Source: Eledone cirrhosa (Eukaryota). Taken from it: a stretch of 64,000 nt of DNA. The DNA lies in assembly GCA_964016885.1 (NCBI GenBank), contig OZ024740.1, forward strand, positions 181,784,001 to 181,848,000, given 5' to 3'. Position 1 is the stretch's first letter, and the number at the start of each line of letters is the position of its first letter. The translations under genes and the position numbers were made by a program. Below are positions 1 through 11,550 of this stretch, piece by piece. Below the pieces are notes generated by a model. That model did not search any database and was not told the origin of the DNA. It was given only the letters and a program-made list of their open reading frames with translations.

Positions 1-437
1 AGGCCTTCACGCATGCGCACTTCGGACCAGATTTCACGCATGCGAACTTCGGACCAGCCTTCGCGCTTGCGCCATTCGGACCAGACTTTGCGCATGCGCA
101 CTTCGGACCAGACTTCGCAAATGCGCAGTACGGACCAGCGTTCTTGCATGCGGAGTACAGATCAGCCTTCGCGCATGCGTGAACGGACCACCCTTCGCGC
201 ATGTGCATTTCGTACCAGCTATCGCGCATGCGCACTTCGGACCAATTTCGCGCGAGCGCCCTACCTACCAATCTTCGCGCATGCGCAGTACGGACAAGCC
301 TTCACGCATGCACAGTACCGACCAGCCTACGCGCATGCGCAGTACGGACATGCATTCGTTCTTCGGACCAGCCTTCGCGCATGCGCACCTCGGACCAGCC
401 TTGCCGCATGCGCACTTCTGTCCGTACTTTGCGCATT
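1..437. repeat. GC/CpG-rich tandem minisatellite, ~27-bp unit (consensus ~CGCATGCGCACTTCGGACCAGCCTTCG), about 16 degenerate copies, runs off the left edge
   Basis: The CGCATGCGCA core recurs every ~27 bp from position 10 to ~435. The overlapping ORFs 13..450, 179..475 and 201..539 only translate the repeat. Confidence 0.95.
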
Positions 438-571
438 TACATATATCTAATCAATGGGCGTACAACAGTAGTTAATCTAAACTATAATAAAGTAACAAGC
501 GCAGGACTGCGTACCGTTTATAATTTGTTATCCCCTTAGTAAAATAAGTTGGATTACTTTGAATAAATAAT

Positions 572-756
572 TGTTTCTACTTTAGGCACGAGGCGAGCAA
601 TAACCCAGTACATTACTGGTACTTTATTTTATCGACCCCGTAAGGATGAAAGGCAAAGTTAACCTCGGCGAGATTTGAACTCAGACTGTAAAGGGACGTA
701 ACTATGCTAGAAAGCATGGCGTCTAACCCTGTACCGATAGTGCCAATTCAACGCCA
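572..756 (-). mobile_element. tRNA-derived SINE, family A (core ...GAGTTCAAATCCCGCCGAGGTTAACTTTGCCTTTCATCC...AGTAGAAACAATTATT), with 19-bp TSD
   Basis: B-box-like GAGTTCAAAT on the minus strand. Direct repeat ATTACTTTGAATAAATAAT at 553-571 and 757-775. Many similar copies occur elsewhere in the window. Confidence 0.9.
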
Positions 757-1606
757 ATTACTTTGAATAAATAATGAATGAATATTACATAATTTATCTA
801 CCAAATTTCGTGGCTGTTCATTAAATATATTTTATTGCTCATTTAAAGATTCACTTCTTTAACATTTTCAAATGTCAACACGATCGTTTAAATAAATATT
901 CATATATTTCTAACATTAATTTTCTCTTAGTGCAGTTTATATATAATATCGTCTTTTTTTAATGTATCATGGATTACGTTACTGATTATAGAAGACAGTG
1001 TAACACAGACTTCGTTCAATTTCTGTGTATATTGTCAATTACGGTTTTATTTGATGTATCATATCTACATGCATATATACTGGCGTATAATATCATTATA
1101 CACACTACACATGGTAGCAGAAAACCACCCGAAGGGTGGTTTTTCTGCTAGTTATGTTAAATGAGTTTTAAAAAAAGAAGAGTTAATAAATAAGTAAAAC
1201 GTTATAATTGTTTTACCCTCCCATTTCTAATTAAACAGAACTCTTTCATGACTGTATGTCTGTGTTTGTGTAAATGTATGTATGTTTGAGTGATAGTATG
1301 TGTGAATGTGTGTGTATTTGTGTGAATTATGTCCGCGAGTGTGTATTTTTATAAGTTTGTGTTTGTGCCATTATAGTTATATACTCATAATAGTTATATA
1401 CTCATACATATAGATATATGTATGTGCACACTCATACGCGCCAGTGTGTAGAAAATCATAATCTCTATATCTCTCTCACCAAACACTCTCTCTCTCTTTC
1501 TATATATATGGTAGTTGATGTGGTGGTGGAGGTAGCGACGTTATACCGGAAGTGCAACTTTGAAAAGAAGTCAACTTTAGATTATTTGTTTTTACGAAAT
1601 TATTTG

Positions 1607-1878
1607 TGTGGGTATGATGTGGTGTGCGGCGGCCGGAAGCTGGGGAGTGCTCGACCGGAAGAGTGCTTGACCGGAAGGGTGCTTGGCCGGAAAGGTGCTC
1701 GACCGGAAGGGCCAGCAGGTCGGCCTCTCTCTGGCGGTGATCTGGAACGCGGTGGACGCGAGTTTTGCAACTCCGAGTTAACGAGTTGGATTTTACGCAC
1801 GTGGAAGAAGAGAAACCAGCTATTGGATTTAGCGGCGCCTATAAAAAGCGGTAAGTGAGGTAGCTTTTTCTAACCACA
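1607..1878 (+). repeat. 5' LTR of element 1 (16-bp internal repeats carrying CCGGAAG; TATAAAA at 1840)
   Basis: Direct repeat of 5565-5836 with ~19 substitutions in 272 bp by manual count. TG...CA inverted termini. Confidence 0.95.
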
Positions 1879-2002
1879 AGCTATTTCGGCACTGGAAGCT
1901 GAAATCTGATAAAAAAAAAGAACTTTCACGAAAACAAAGCTAGTGGAAAAACAGAGAGGAGTCTGTTATTTTTTTATTACGTACCGCAAGACAATTTAGG
2001 AT

Positions 2003-2759
2003 ATGGCAATGAGACTACGAACAAGCGAAGCGATTAGGGCATTTACCGGTGAAGGCGATGTTTTCGCTTGGCTACGAAAAGTCCGGCTGGTCGCAAGCTT
2101 ACAGAAGATAGATGGCTGGCCTCATGACACTGTACCTCGAGGGGGACGCGTTGGTGCTCTTCCTTGAAATGGATGAACACAGCCAAAGGGATGCGCAAAA
2201 GATTGAGAGGCGCATGATGGAAGCGTTCGCGGAGGGACCGTTAGCCGCTTTTGCTAAGCTGGCAAGAATTAGATGGAACTGTGAACGCGTTGACATTTTC
2301 GCAGCGGAAATACGGCGATTGGCCATGTTTGCTGGATATCAGGTGGAATGCGAACGCACGGTGCGGCTGACGTTCATAAATGGATTTCCAGACGACATAG
2401 CGGTGAAACTACAGCAAGTCCCGAGTTACAAAGAAATGGAGATGCGTACACTGGTGGAGCAAGCCCGTATCATAGCAGAAGATGCCAAGAAGAGTGTCGC
2501 GGCGATAGCAACTACAGAGGCCCAAAACAGCTGGCAGCGAAATGGTGAAAGGGAGGCAACCGCGCCACGCGGTCGCCCGCGAACGTTTAGAGGTCGCTGT
2601 TTTAGGTGCCAGGGCCGGCATATGGCGAGAGACTGTAAAGAGTCAAGGCCGGAAATAATATGCTACCGGTGTAAGCGACCAGGTCACATCGCTACTAACT
2701 GCGACCAGGGAAACGATCCAAGGGGAACTACTGCGCCGGTAGTTGCCCCTTACGAGTAG
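2003..2759 (+). pseudogene. gag: gag of LTR element 1 (two CCHC-type zinc knuckles), frameshifted near 2110
   Basis: ATG at 2003 gives MAMRLRTSEAIRAFTGEGDVFAWL..., continuing in ORF 2112..2759 with CFRCQGRHMARDC and CYRCKRPGHIATNC. Confidence 0.88.
2708..2751 (+). promoter_or_regulatory. Programmed -1 ribosomal frameshift signal (slippery G GGA AAC plus stem-loop)
   Basis: GGGAAAC at 2708-2714 is in the gag frame. A 5-nt spacer is followed by the hairpin AAGGGGAACTAC/GTAGTTGCCCCTT (2720-2751). The -1 frame reads GKRSKG...ALVDTGC straight into the protease. Confidence 0.85.
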
Positions 2760-5544
2760 AGGCGCTGCCCGTGGTGGAAGTCTTCGTGAGGGGAAAGCCA
2801 CAGCGAGCCCTCGTGGACACGGGCTGTACGACGACACTGGTGACCGCGGGGGTGGCGTAGAGGTGAAGAGGGCAGAGAAGCGTAAGGCCAGTCGACGGTA
2901 GGAAAATTGAATGCAGAGGTCGCAGCGAGGTGGAGATGGCGGTACGGGGAAGGAAAATAAGGCTTTCTGCCATCGTAGTCGACAACTTGGTGGATCGGAT
3001 CGACGTGGTTATGGGCATGGACGCAATTGGCCGTCTAGGAGGCCCCACAGTGAACAACGTCGGTGTGTCGTTTGGTGGCGCCACATCGTTATGCGCTGTG
3101 AGTACACGACAGGAGAACCAGAAGGCCCACGAGGAGAAATACCCCGCTTACACTGTGCAGGACAAAGATTTCAAGGCCGTGTTCAATGGGCAGCGATGGG
3201 TTGTTGAGTGGTACTGGAAGGGAGAACCACCAACACTGAAGACCAAAGTGGGCTGCTATCAACACACATTGAAGGGAGACATTAGGAGCGAGAGGTAGAG
3301 AGATGGATTGAAGAGGGCATACTGCTTTCCTGGAAAGAGGAGGTGAAGTGCGGAGTATTGCCGTTAATGGCGGTGGCGCAAGCCATGAAGAACAAAGTGA
3401 GACCGGTACTGGACTTTCGGGAGCTGAACGAGCACGTGTCATGCCACACGGGTGGCGAGATCACGGATGTCTGTGGGGAAACCCTGCGTGAGTGGAGACT
3501 CACGACGGGGGTTCCGCAATCGTATATCTAAAGTGGCATACTTGCAATTGTATATAAATGAGAAGCTCTGGCAGTATCAGCTGGTCAGGTATAAGGGCAG
3601 GAGATATTGCTTGACCAGGCTCGGTTTCGAGCTGAGCTCCGCACCGATGATCATGGCGGCGGTCCTCAGAACCATTCTGGGACAGGCCGACAAGATGAAG
3701 AGGGCCACTAATTCCTACATTGACGACATCCTAGTGGACGAGTCTGTAGTGTCAGCGGCGAAGGTCACGAGCCATTTATAGGGGTATGGACTGTCTGCGA
3801 CCCGTCAGAAGCGTTGGAGGGAGGAGCCGCGCTGGAACTTAGGCTACGGCGAGACAGGACGGGCGTCTTAGTATTCCAGAGGGGAAATTAAGTTCCAGAA
3901 CTGGGCCCAAGTATGAGTAGGCGGGGCTTTTCTCGGTGTGTGGAAAGTTGGTGGGTCACTACCTGATTGCTGGGTGGCTCCGGACGGCATACAGCTATGT
4001 CAAGAGACGAGCGGGAGGGCTGACTTGGAGTGACAGAGTGGGAGAGAGGACGGTAGCCATGATGCAGGAGATCGTGGAGAGGGAGAAGGCCGACGACCCA
4101 GTGCGGGGACGCTGGTATGTTCCCAAATCGCAGAGCGGGACCGTATGGTGCGATGCCAGCAGCATAGCGCTGGGTGTCACGTTGGAGATAGGAGGTGCTG
4201 AGGTCGAGGATGCATCCTGGCTTAGAAAGAAGGACGACTGCAACCACATCAATGTGGCCGAGCTGGACGCGGTGTTGAGAGGGGTGAACCTCGCCCTGGG
4301 GTGGGGACTGCGCACCATTGAGATACGCACCGACTCGGATACTGTACTCGGATGGATGAGATCGGTGCTCACCAGTGAGAAGAGAGTGCGAACGAGAGGG
4401 GCGGCGGAGATGCTGATAAAGTGCCACCTGGGAACTTTAGGAGAGCTGGCCACCGAGTTCGACCTGAGGCTGAGCGTAGTTTTCGTGCTCTCAGAGAAAA
4501 ATAGAGCGGACGTCTTAACCAGGGTGAAGAAAGCCCGGATGGAAGGGCCGGAGGAGGTAGAAGAGGAGATAGCTGCCGTGTGTCGGCTGACCGAGTCGGA
4601 TCTGAAAGGTGTGCACGACATGCATCACATGGGAGTGGATAGGACTCTGTTCTTAGCCAGGAGAATCGACTCGGACGTTGACAGACACAGTGTTCAAAGA
4701 ATGGTTAGAGGCTGCGTCCGATGTCAGTCCATTGATCCCGCTCCGGGTGTTCACGAAACGGGATGCTTCCCGGTGGATCGCGGCTGGAAGCGATTGGCGG
4801 TGAATGTAACACACTACCGACAGGGAACGTACCTCTCGATGGTCGACTGTGGACCGGGACGGATGGCGATATGGAGGCAGATGAAGACTGGAACGGTCGA
4901 GGAAATCATGCGGACGTTGAGAGAGGTGTTCTTGGAGCGGGGCCCTGTGGACGAACTGCTGATGGACAACAGCGCAGCATTCCGCTCGGAGGCGCTGAGG
5001 GAGATGCTCGATGGGTGGAAGGTGGACTGTTTCTTCAGAGCAGCGTACAGGCCGAGCGGAAATGGAATCGTGGAGCGACACCACCGGACGATCAAAGCAA
5101 TGGCGGAGCGGGGCCACATCTCACCAATGAAAGGCAGTGTTCTGGTACAACATGGCCCCTCGGGTGGGACAGGTTGAGGAATCGGTGCCACACAGAGCAG
5201 TATTCAGATACGAGTGGCGGCACCCGTGTACACCACCACAACGGCCAGTGGGAAGAGAGAATGCATTTATGCAGGCGGGCGAAGAAATCTGGGTCAAGCC
5301 CCCAGATGCACGTTGCACATCTCAATGGGGAAGGGGAACGGTGACGGCCGTAAATTCCCAGAACAATGTGTCCGTGGACGGAGTACCACGTCATGTCCTG
5401 GATGTCAGTAGAATTACTGTCAAAGGACTCCGAGGAAGAGGAAACCCAAAGTGCCGCCCCAACACTGCGGAAATCGCAAAGAAGTCGCAAACCACCAATC
5501 TGGACAGCAGACTTTCATATGCAGAAGGACGAGGGGGAAATTGA
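2708..5544 (+). pseudogene. pol: pol of LTR element 1 (aspartic protease, RT, RNase H, DDE integrase) with stops and frameshifts
   Basis: Protease LVDTGC. RT RPVLDFRELN...YIDDI. RNase H WCDASS...HINVAEL...TDS...NRAD. Integrase HHMG...CVRC, MDN and GNGIVER. The frame is broken into several ORFs. Confidence 0.92.
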
Positions 5545-5564
5545 TCCTTGAGATCAGGGGTGTG

Positions 5565-5836
5565 TGTGGGTATGGTGTAGTGTGCGGTGGCCGAAAGCTG
5601 GGGAGTGCTCGACCGGAAGAGTGCTTGACCGGAAGGGTACTTGGCCGGAAGGGTGCTCGGCCGGAAGGGCCAGCAGGTCGGCCCCTCTCTGGCGGTGATT
5701 TGGAACGCGGTCGACGAGAGTTTTGGAGCTCCGAGTTAACGAGTTGGATTGTACGCACGTGGAAGAGGAGAAACCAGCCATGGGATTTAGCGGCGCCTAT
5801 GAAAAGCGGTAAGTGAGGTAGCTTTTTCTAACCATA
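5565..5836 (+). repeat. 3' LTR of element 1
   Basis: Direct repeat of 1607-1878, followed by the TSD ATTTG. Confidence 0.95.
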
Positions 5837-5897
5837 ATTTGTTTACTAAATTTAGCACTTAAATTATGTAATATTCATTCATTATTTATTCAAGTTC

Positions 5898-6075
5898 ATT
5901 GGCAGTATGGGTAGAGAATCGGACACCATTCTTTGAAGCATAGAGTTACGTCCCTTTATGATCTGAGTTCAAATCCCGCCGAGGTTAACTTTGCCTTTCA
6001 TCCTTACGGGGTCGATAACATAAAGTATCAGTAATGTACTGCGTAATTGCTGGCCTTGTGCCTAAAGTAGAAACA
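5898..6075 (+). mobile_element. SINE family A copy
   Basis: Same core as 572-756 in the opposite orientation, flanked by an ATTATTTATTCAA duplication. Confidence 0.9.
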
Positions 6076-6769
6076 ATTATTTATTCAAAGTAATCCAACT
6101 TATTTTACTAACTGGATTAAAAGAAATAAACCTTACGCAGTCCTGCAGCCTTTGCTTTATTATAGTTTCGATGCATATATATTAATATGTATATATATAT
6201 ATATATATATATTTCGTTTCTGAATTTGTTTAGCAAGATTCTTTATCTGAAATCGTGTGTTGAAACCGATATTGTTATACTTTTTGGAGGGTCATGTTGC
6301 CAATAAGAAACACACGCACCAGTTGCTTTCACTTCAATTTATTATAATAAATTTATAAATTTAGGAATTTATAAATTTCTGGTTGGTTGGTTGGTTCAAC
6401 AACCAGATAGTTGTTTATATATTGTCAAAGTTCTTTCGTCACACATTATGTGACCTCTTCAGTAACTGGGGATTATTTTCTTTGTTTTTGTGCCTATCCT
6501 TTGTTCTGTCCTACGCCATTTTGTTTCTGTGTGTGTGTGTATATATGTATATATATATATATATACATATATACACACACATACATATATATATATTTAT
6601 ATACACACACGTGTTTATATATATATTTGTTAAAATAACAGATTAAAGTTTAAGCAAACAATCGTTGCTTTCACCCTTAACAGGATCTTCTGAAACTACA
6701 AAGTCAATCTGATATATATTTATCCTTATCGATCCCTCTTTGGATTTTAGTCTTCAAATGTATTATTAT

Positions 6770-6813
<44 letters not shown>

Positions 6814-8469
6814 GTGTGTGTATATATATATAGTCACCCACACACACACTTATGTATTTATATATGTGTGTGTGTATTTTTCTTATATAATCCACCTTTA
6901 TATATATGTTTTCATTTATTTGTTTCTCAGTTCATCTTAGAAAAAATAACATTAAATTATCCCACCACTTTCCCTCCCACCGGAATCCTCCCCCAATGCA
7001 TATTGACACACATATACATGTAATGATATGCATAACTATACATACAAACATATGTACTGGCACCTACATTTACACACAGAACTATTTTCAGAAACATATT
7101 TGCTAATTGACTGGAAACTTCACAGTGCTTTTATTAGAAAAAGACATCACTGTGAGATACAGTCTAGATTTCAACATCTGTAGATTTAATCAATGAATTT
7201 TCTACTAAATTGAAATATCATTACACTTCCACACCCACACACAGACACACAGAGAAACACACACACACACACATACACATTTTATAGAAAGTTGATCAAT
7301 AAGATTTCAGACGTCATTCGATTATTGAGGGGGTTGGAACTTGTCAAATTGAACCAAGGACACAATGTTTCCATTGGTCTTTCTATTGCTGTTACTATCT
7401 ACTGGTTGCAATGCCTGGTAGAAAGAGGAACATGAAATAAAGAGTCTTACTCAAGGGCATATTACATCGATCTTTCCAGGAATCGAGCTCATCCTCACAA
7501 TTGCAAATCTAATTCTAACATCTAATCTATGCACCTCCACTATATACACATGCACACAAACGCACACACACACACGCACATACACACACACATACACACA
7601 CACCCATATATATATATATATGCATATGTGTGTGTATAAATATATATACATACAGCATAGGAATATATATACACCAAAACATGTTGTGATGTGGCCCCTC
7701 ACAATCTGGGAGTTCATTAGCTCTGACTAAGAACTTATTTGTTGTGTATCGACCCCTCCAAACTAGTTCATCATGGAAAAAGAAAGTTAGATCATGATAA
7801 TGTGGAGAAGGATTTCAGTACTTCTCTATTTCATATAAATTTATATTCTTATCTTTCTCATTGCAATGATTTTCCAGTGTATGTCTGTCTAAATGCAACA
7901 TACTGTTTTAATTAGCCTCCATCAAGAATTAAGTGTTTTCATCCAACATAGAAAGCCCTTGAATAAATTGAGCTGTGATATGAGCCGCTGTACTGTGAAT
8001 GGTTTAATTCAAAACTTGATTGGTCTGATTGTTTTCTCTAAATGCAGAAGGAATGAATATTGAATTATATCTATAAAGATTATATATAATCAGAAATATA
8101 TGGAAGCGAAAGCATGACATTTAAAAACAAAATGTAATTCTTACACAGTGTTTCATCTTCAAGTACATTTACAATACAGTAGGTAGATATATGTATGTAT
8201 ATATTCCACAGTAGAGATGCATTTATAAGACTCATCAGAGAAAAAACTTTGTCCTTTGCTTCAGCTAAAGGCATCTAATATCATAGATCCTTTTCCTCTA
8301 TGCTTATGATATATGTCTCTTATTTTGTTATATATATATACCGTTGTCTGAATGGGGTTTGTAATCACTAAATTTAATTCTTACAGTATTTCATCTTCAA
8401 GTACATTTACACTCAATATGCAAAAGTAGGGGTAAATACTATATTATATAAAATACATGGCAAACTGGC

Positions 8470-8553
8470 ATATACCTTCCTATTTACTCTGGATTTCCTG
8501 AAGCAATACCATTCGCTTGCTTCAGGAAACTCTGAGTACATAGGAAGGTATAT
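8470..8553. repeat. Imperfect ~37-bp-arm hairpin/palindrome
   Basis: ATACCTTCCTATTTACTCTGGATTTCCTGAAGCAA pairs with TTGCTTCAGGAAACTCTGAGTACATAGGAAGGTAT around a 10-nt loop. Confidence 0.8.
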
Positions 8554-8574
8554 TAAAGGAAAAATTTTGAAGAT

Positions 8575-10080
8575 ATCCAGCTGTTTCAGAATCCATGATT
8601 AAATGCCTTTTCATACTCAATCCATGCAGAACTTAAATTTCTGCACTTGATAAAACAGTTCTCAAGGATCTTACAATTATAAGTTGATCTTCACATCCAC
8701 ATGAACCTTGTTGGCACCCTTTTTGTCCAATAGTGAACAAATTGTTCTCTTTCATAAATGAATGTTTTCTCCATGGGAATAGATGTTAAAATTTTATAAG
8801 CGGTGGATATATACGTTATGGGCTGATAGTTACTTTTTTTATCTTTGGTTTCATTATTCTTTTTTACTGCTTGCTATCTTTTCAGGTGTCTATTTTTTTT
8901 TCAGGATCTTTCTTAATTTTTGTGTGTGCAGTTGAACAACAACACCCAGAAATTTGATACTCTATCTCTACCAGAAGAATTCCACTTATTATCCTTTGTG
9001 AGTGCTGTCCTTACGCCTGCTCTTGAGATGTCTTCCAATGCTTGTTCTTGCAAATTTTTGTAGGACTCTACTGTGCATCTAATCCAATACACATTTTCAT
9101 TGATGTCTTCTCATAACTCCAGATCTCTCTCCATTCAGTTTTCAATTTCTTCCATGGAAATTGTGGGGGATCTTCAATAGTTATATTCTCTATCCCTATT
9201 TCGCTGGAGAATGATTTAGCTGACTTATTTTGCTGACATATTTCCAGAGATTAGTTCATTTAATATTGATACTTCCTCTCTCATTAATTCAATCTCTTTT
9301 TCAATTTTACTTTTCCCTTGTGGCTTTCTTCTTAAGTTTGGCTTTCTTTGTTTATTCAGAGGCATACATCTTGTTTCAATTACCATAGCAGATGCATAAA
9401 TAATTTCATTTAACTTATTAAGTTCAGGTTCTAATTCTTGTATGATTTCTTTTGTTGCATATTTACCAATTTTTATTTGTTTTTTTATTTTGGTTTGTAT
9501 TTGAGAGTTTTTGAAGTGATTCTCTATCATTTATGTCTTACTCATTCAGAATTTTCTGATTCGCTTCCTTCATGGACTCTATGTTTTTCTGCAAAACCTT
9601 GGTCTTTAAATTCTGTTTCTATCCCACTTTCCTGATTATATTTATCAGGTACACTACACTTTCTTACTTCAATCTTTTGCCTGATTTTGTCAGATGACAA
9701 ACTTTCAATTAAGTCTAGTGGCCAGCTACTCACTTTATCTGATTCTTCATTTCCTTCTTGTCGTATATTTAGGTTATTTTATACTGTGTCCCTAAACACA
9801 ATTAATTCTGTATCTGTGGGTCTATTATTTCTGAAGATATCCCGCCTAAAATTTGCTAACCTGTTTTCATCCAAATAAGGTCTGCTATCTTGACTTAGTG
9901 TTCTCCATATTTTGTAAAAGCTTGCGTTGTGTTTCTCTTGAGATAGCTTTATGCATAGTAATAAGTGTATAATACTTCTTTATACTCTTCCAGGGTCTAT
10001 TTGATACATATACATTTTGCTCTTTATGGTGGTGAGCTTGAAGTGATCGAGTTAGAGCAGTCCCCATTCAAGTGAATGTC
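8575..10080 (-). pseudogene. Highly decayed N-terminal/RT part of an R4/Dong-like (RLE-type) non-LTR retrotransposon
   Basis: The minus strand reads NYQPITYISTAYKILTSI, GQKGCQQG and LSSAWIEYEKAFNH, i.e. decayed RT domain 1-3 motifs. ORF 9225..9530 resembles the upstream part of such an ORF. Confidence 0.65.
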
Positions 10081-11550
10081 CAGTTCCATATTTGGGCATC
10101 AATAAAATAAAGCACCAGTGATTCACTAGGGTCGATTTAATCGACTTTCCTCTCCCCTAATTTGCTGGCCTTGTGCCTAAAGTAGAATTCATTATTATTC
10201 CAGCTACCATTAAGGAAGATGGTGGTGGAGTTGAAGGAGGTGTCGTTTGAAATTGTTACTTTTTTCAAATGCTTTTGCTGTAGTAGTGGTGGTGGTTTGA
10301 ATGTCATTTTGGCTGTTAGTGTTGGTGAATGAAGTTTTTTAATCGTATAATTGTTTGTTGTTGTTGCTGTGGCTGATTATGTTCATGGTTGCTTCCTTCT
10401 GCTTTTAAAATCGCCAGGGCTGTTATCAAATATTGTCAAGTTAATTTTAACAGAAAGGGTGGTGATACTATTAATTTGTTTTTACAGTTAATTTGTTTTT
10501 TCTCTTCACCGTTTTTAGAAAACGTGCAGCTTTTGAGAAATTATTACTTTGGAAATTTGAAAAAGTCCTTTGCTCGATCCATCTGTGAAAGATTCTTTCT
10601 GTTCATCTAGGCAATTACCTTATCCAAACAATAGAATATAATGTGTAAACAAAATAAGAACAAAAATTGAACATGCACTCATTGCCTGCATAAACCTTGT
10701 GTAGTTTAGGTCCTTTTTTCTTTTCATTTTTATTATTATTAAAGGGCTGAAAGCAAAAACCAAGTAATGAACATGTTTTTGTCATAACAGCAGTTCCATT
10801 TCCAATGGGGGTGGGAAAATCTTCTCCTTCGGCTCTTCATAAAATAATGCCATAGTACCTCCACCTCATTGTGGGATAGAAGAAAACATTGCATCAAGTT
10901 TGGTCTGAGAGGTGAAAAATGCTGCAATTCCTCTCACTATCAATTGTTGGTGATGGGGTTGACATGGGGGTTAAGGAATAGAAATGAAAAGAAACCAAAT
11001 GCAGCTGTGTCTGAAATCTTTACGAAAACACATCAAACAGCATGTATAACTAAAATACATGGTCCTCAGAACTAATAACACAAAATGGATTAACAAAACC
11101 TATGCAATAAGTGAATGGATTCAGAAATAAAGGATTGTTACCATTAGAAACTAGATAATAGTCTCTGGCTTCTAACAACAAAAGAAATATACTCTGAGAT
11201 AAATTACTCCAACTCTTATCCAGAGCATATGGGAGCTTTTTTTGATGAATTCATCAAAGAAATGCTAAAGGAGGTTTTTAGTGATTCCCTGAAAATATAT
11301 ATTATATGATAAATGAGTAGGAATGTGTGTGTTTTGACTCAACTTAAAAAGTGGCTTCACACCTGTGAATGGGGAGATAATGTTTTCTTTTATATTTTAT
11401 ATATATTGTATTAATTGATGTGTTTTATAATAAATTGATACCTATTCATGTTTGATCAAATTAATCTTTCTATATTATAGCCTTCTTTCCCTGAGCCTCA
11501 TTTTTCATATAACTATGTCCTTGTATTTTTATCATATGTTTCTAATAGTT

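Larger units (their letters stand above)
1607..5836 (+). mobile_element. Full-length, decayed compact LTR retrotransposon (Ty3/Gypsy domain order gag-PR-RT-RH-IN)
   Basis: 272-bp LTRs at 1607-1878 (TGTGG...CCACA) and 5565-5836. 5-bp TSD ATTTG at 1602-1606 and 5837-5841. Purine-rich tract before the 3' LTR. Internal gag and pol motifs are present. Confidence 0.96.

Noticed and set aside
1-437. Regularly spaced palindromic repeats resembling a CRISPR array; ORFs 13..450, 179..475, 201..539
   Set aside because: The intervening sequences are homologous to each other rather than unique spacers, there are no cas genes, and the context is eukaryotic. The ORFs are repeat translations.
1418-1858. 146-aa ORF and its 121-aa twin at 5451..5816
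   Set aside because: Both run through the GC-rich LTRs and have unrelated N-termini. No protein motif is recognisable.
3995-5490. Long antisense ORFs within pol genes (also 13886..14368, 14585..15076)
   Set aside because: They are shadow ORFs opposite GC-rich retroelement coding sequence.
10739-10927. Cys/His/Trp-containing short ORF hinting at a PHD-like finger
   Set aside because: Ligand spacing does not fit and there is no supporting context.
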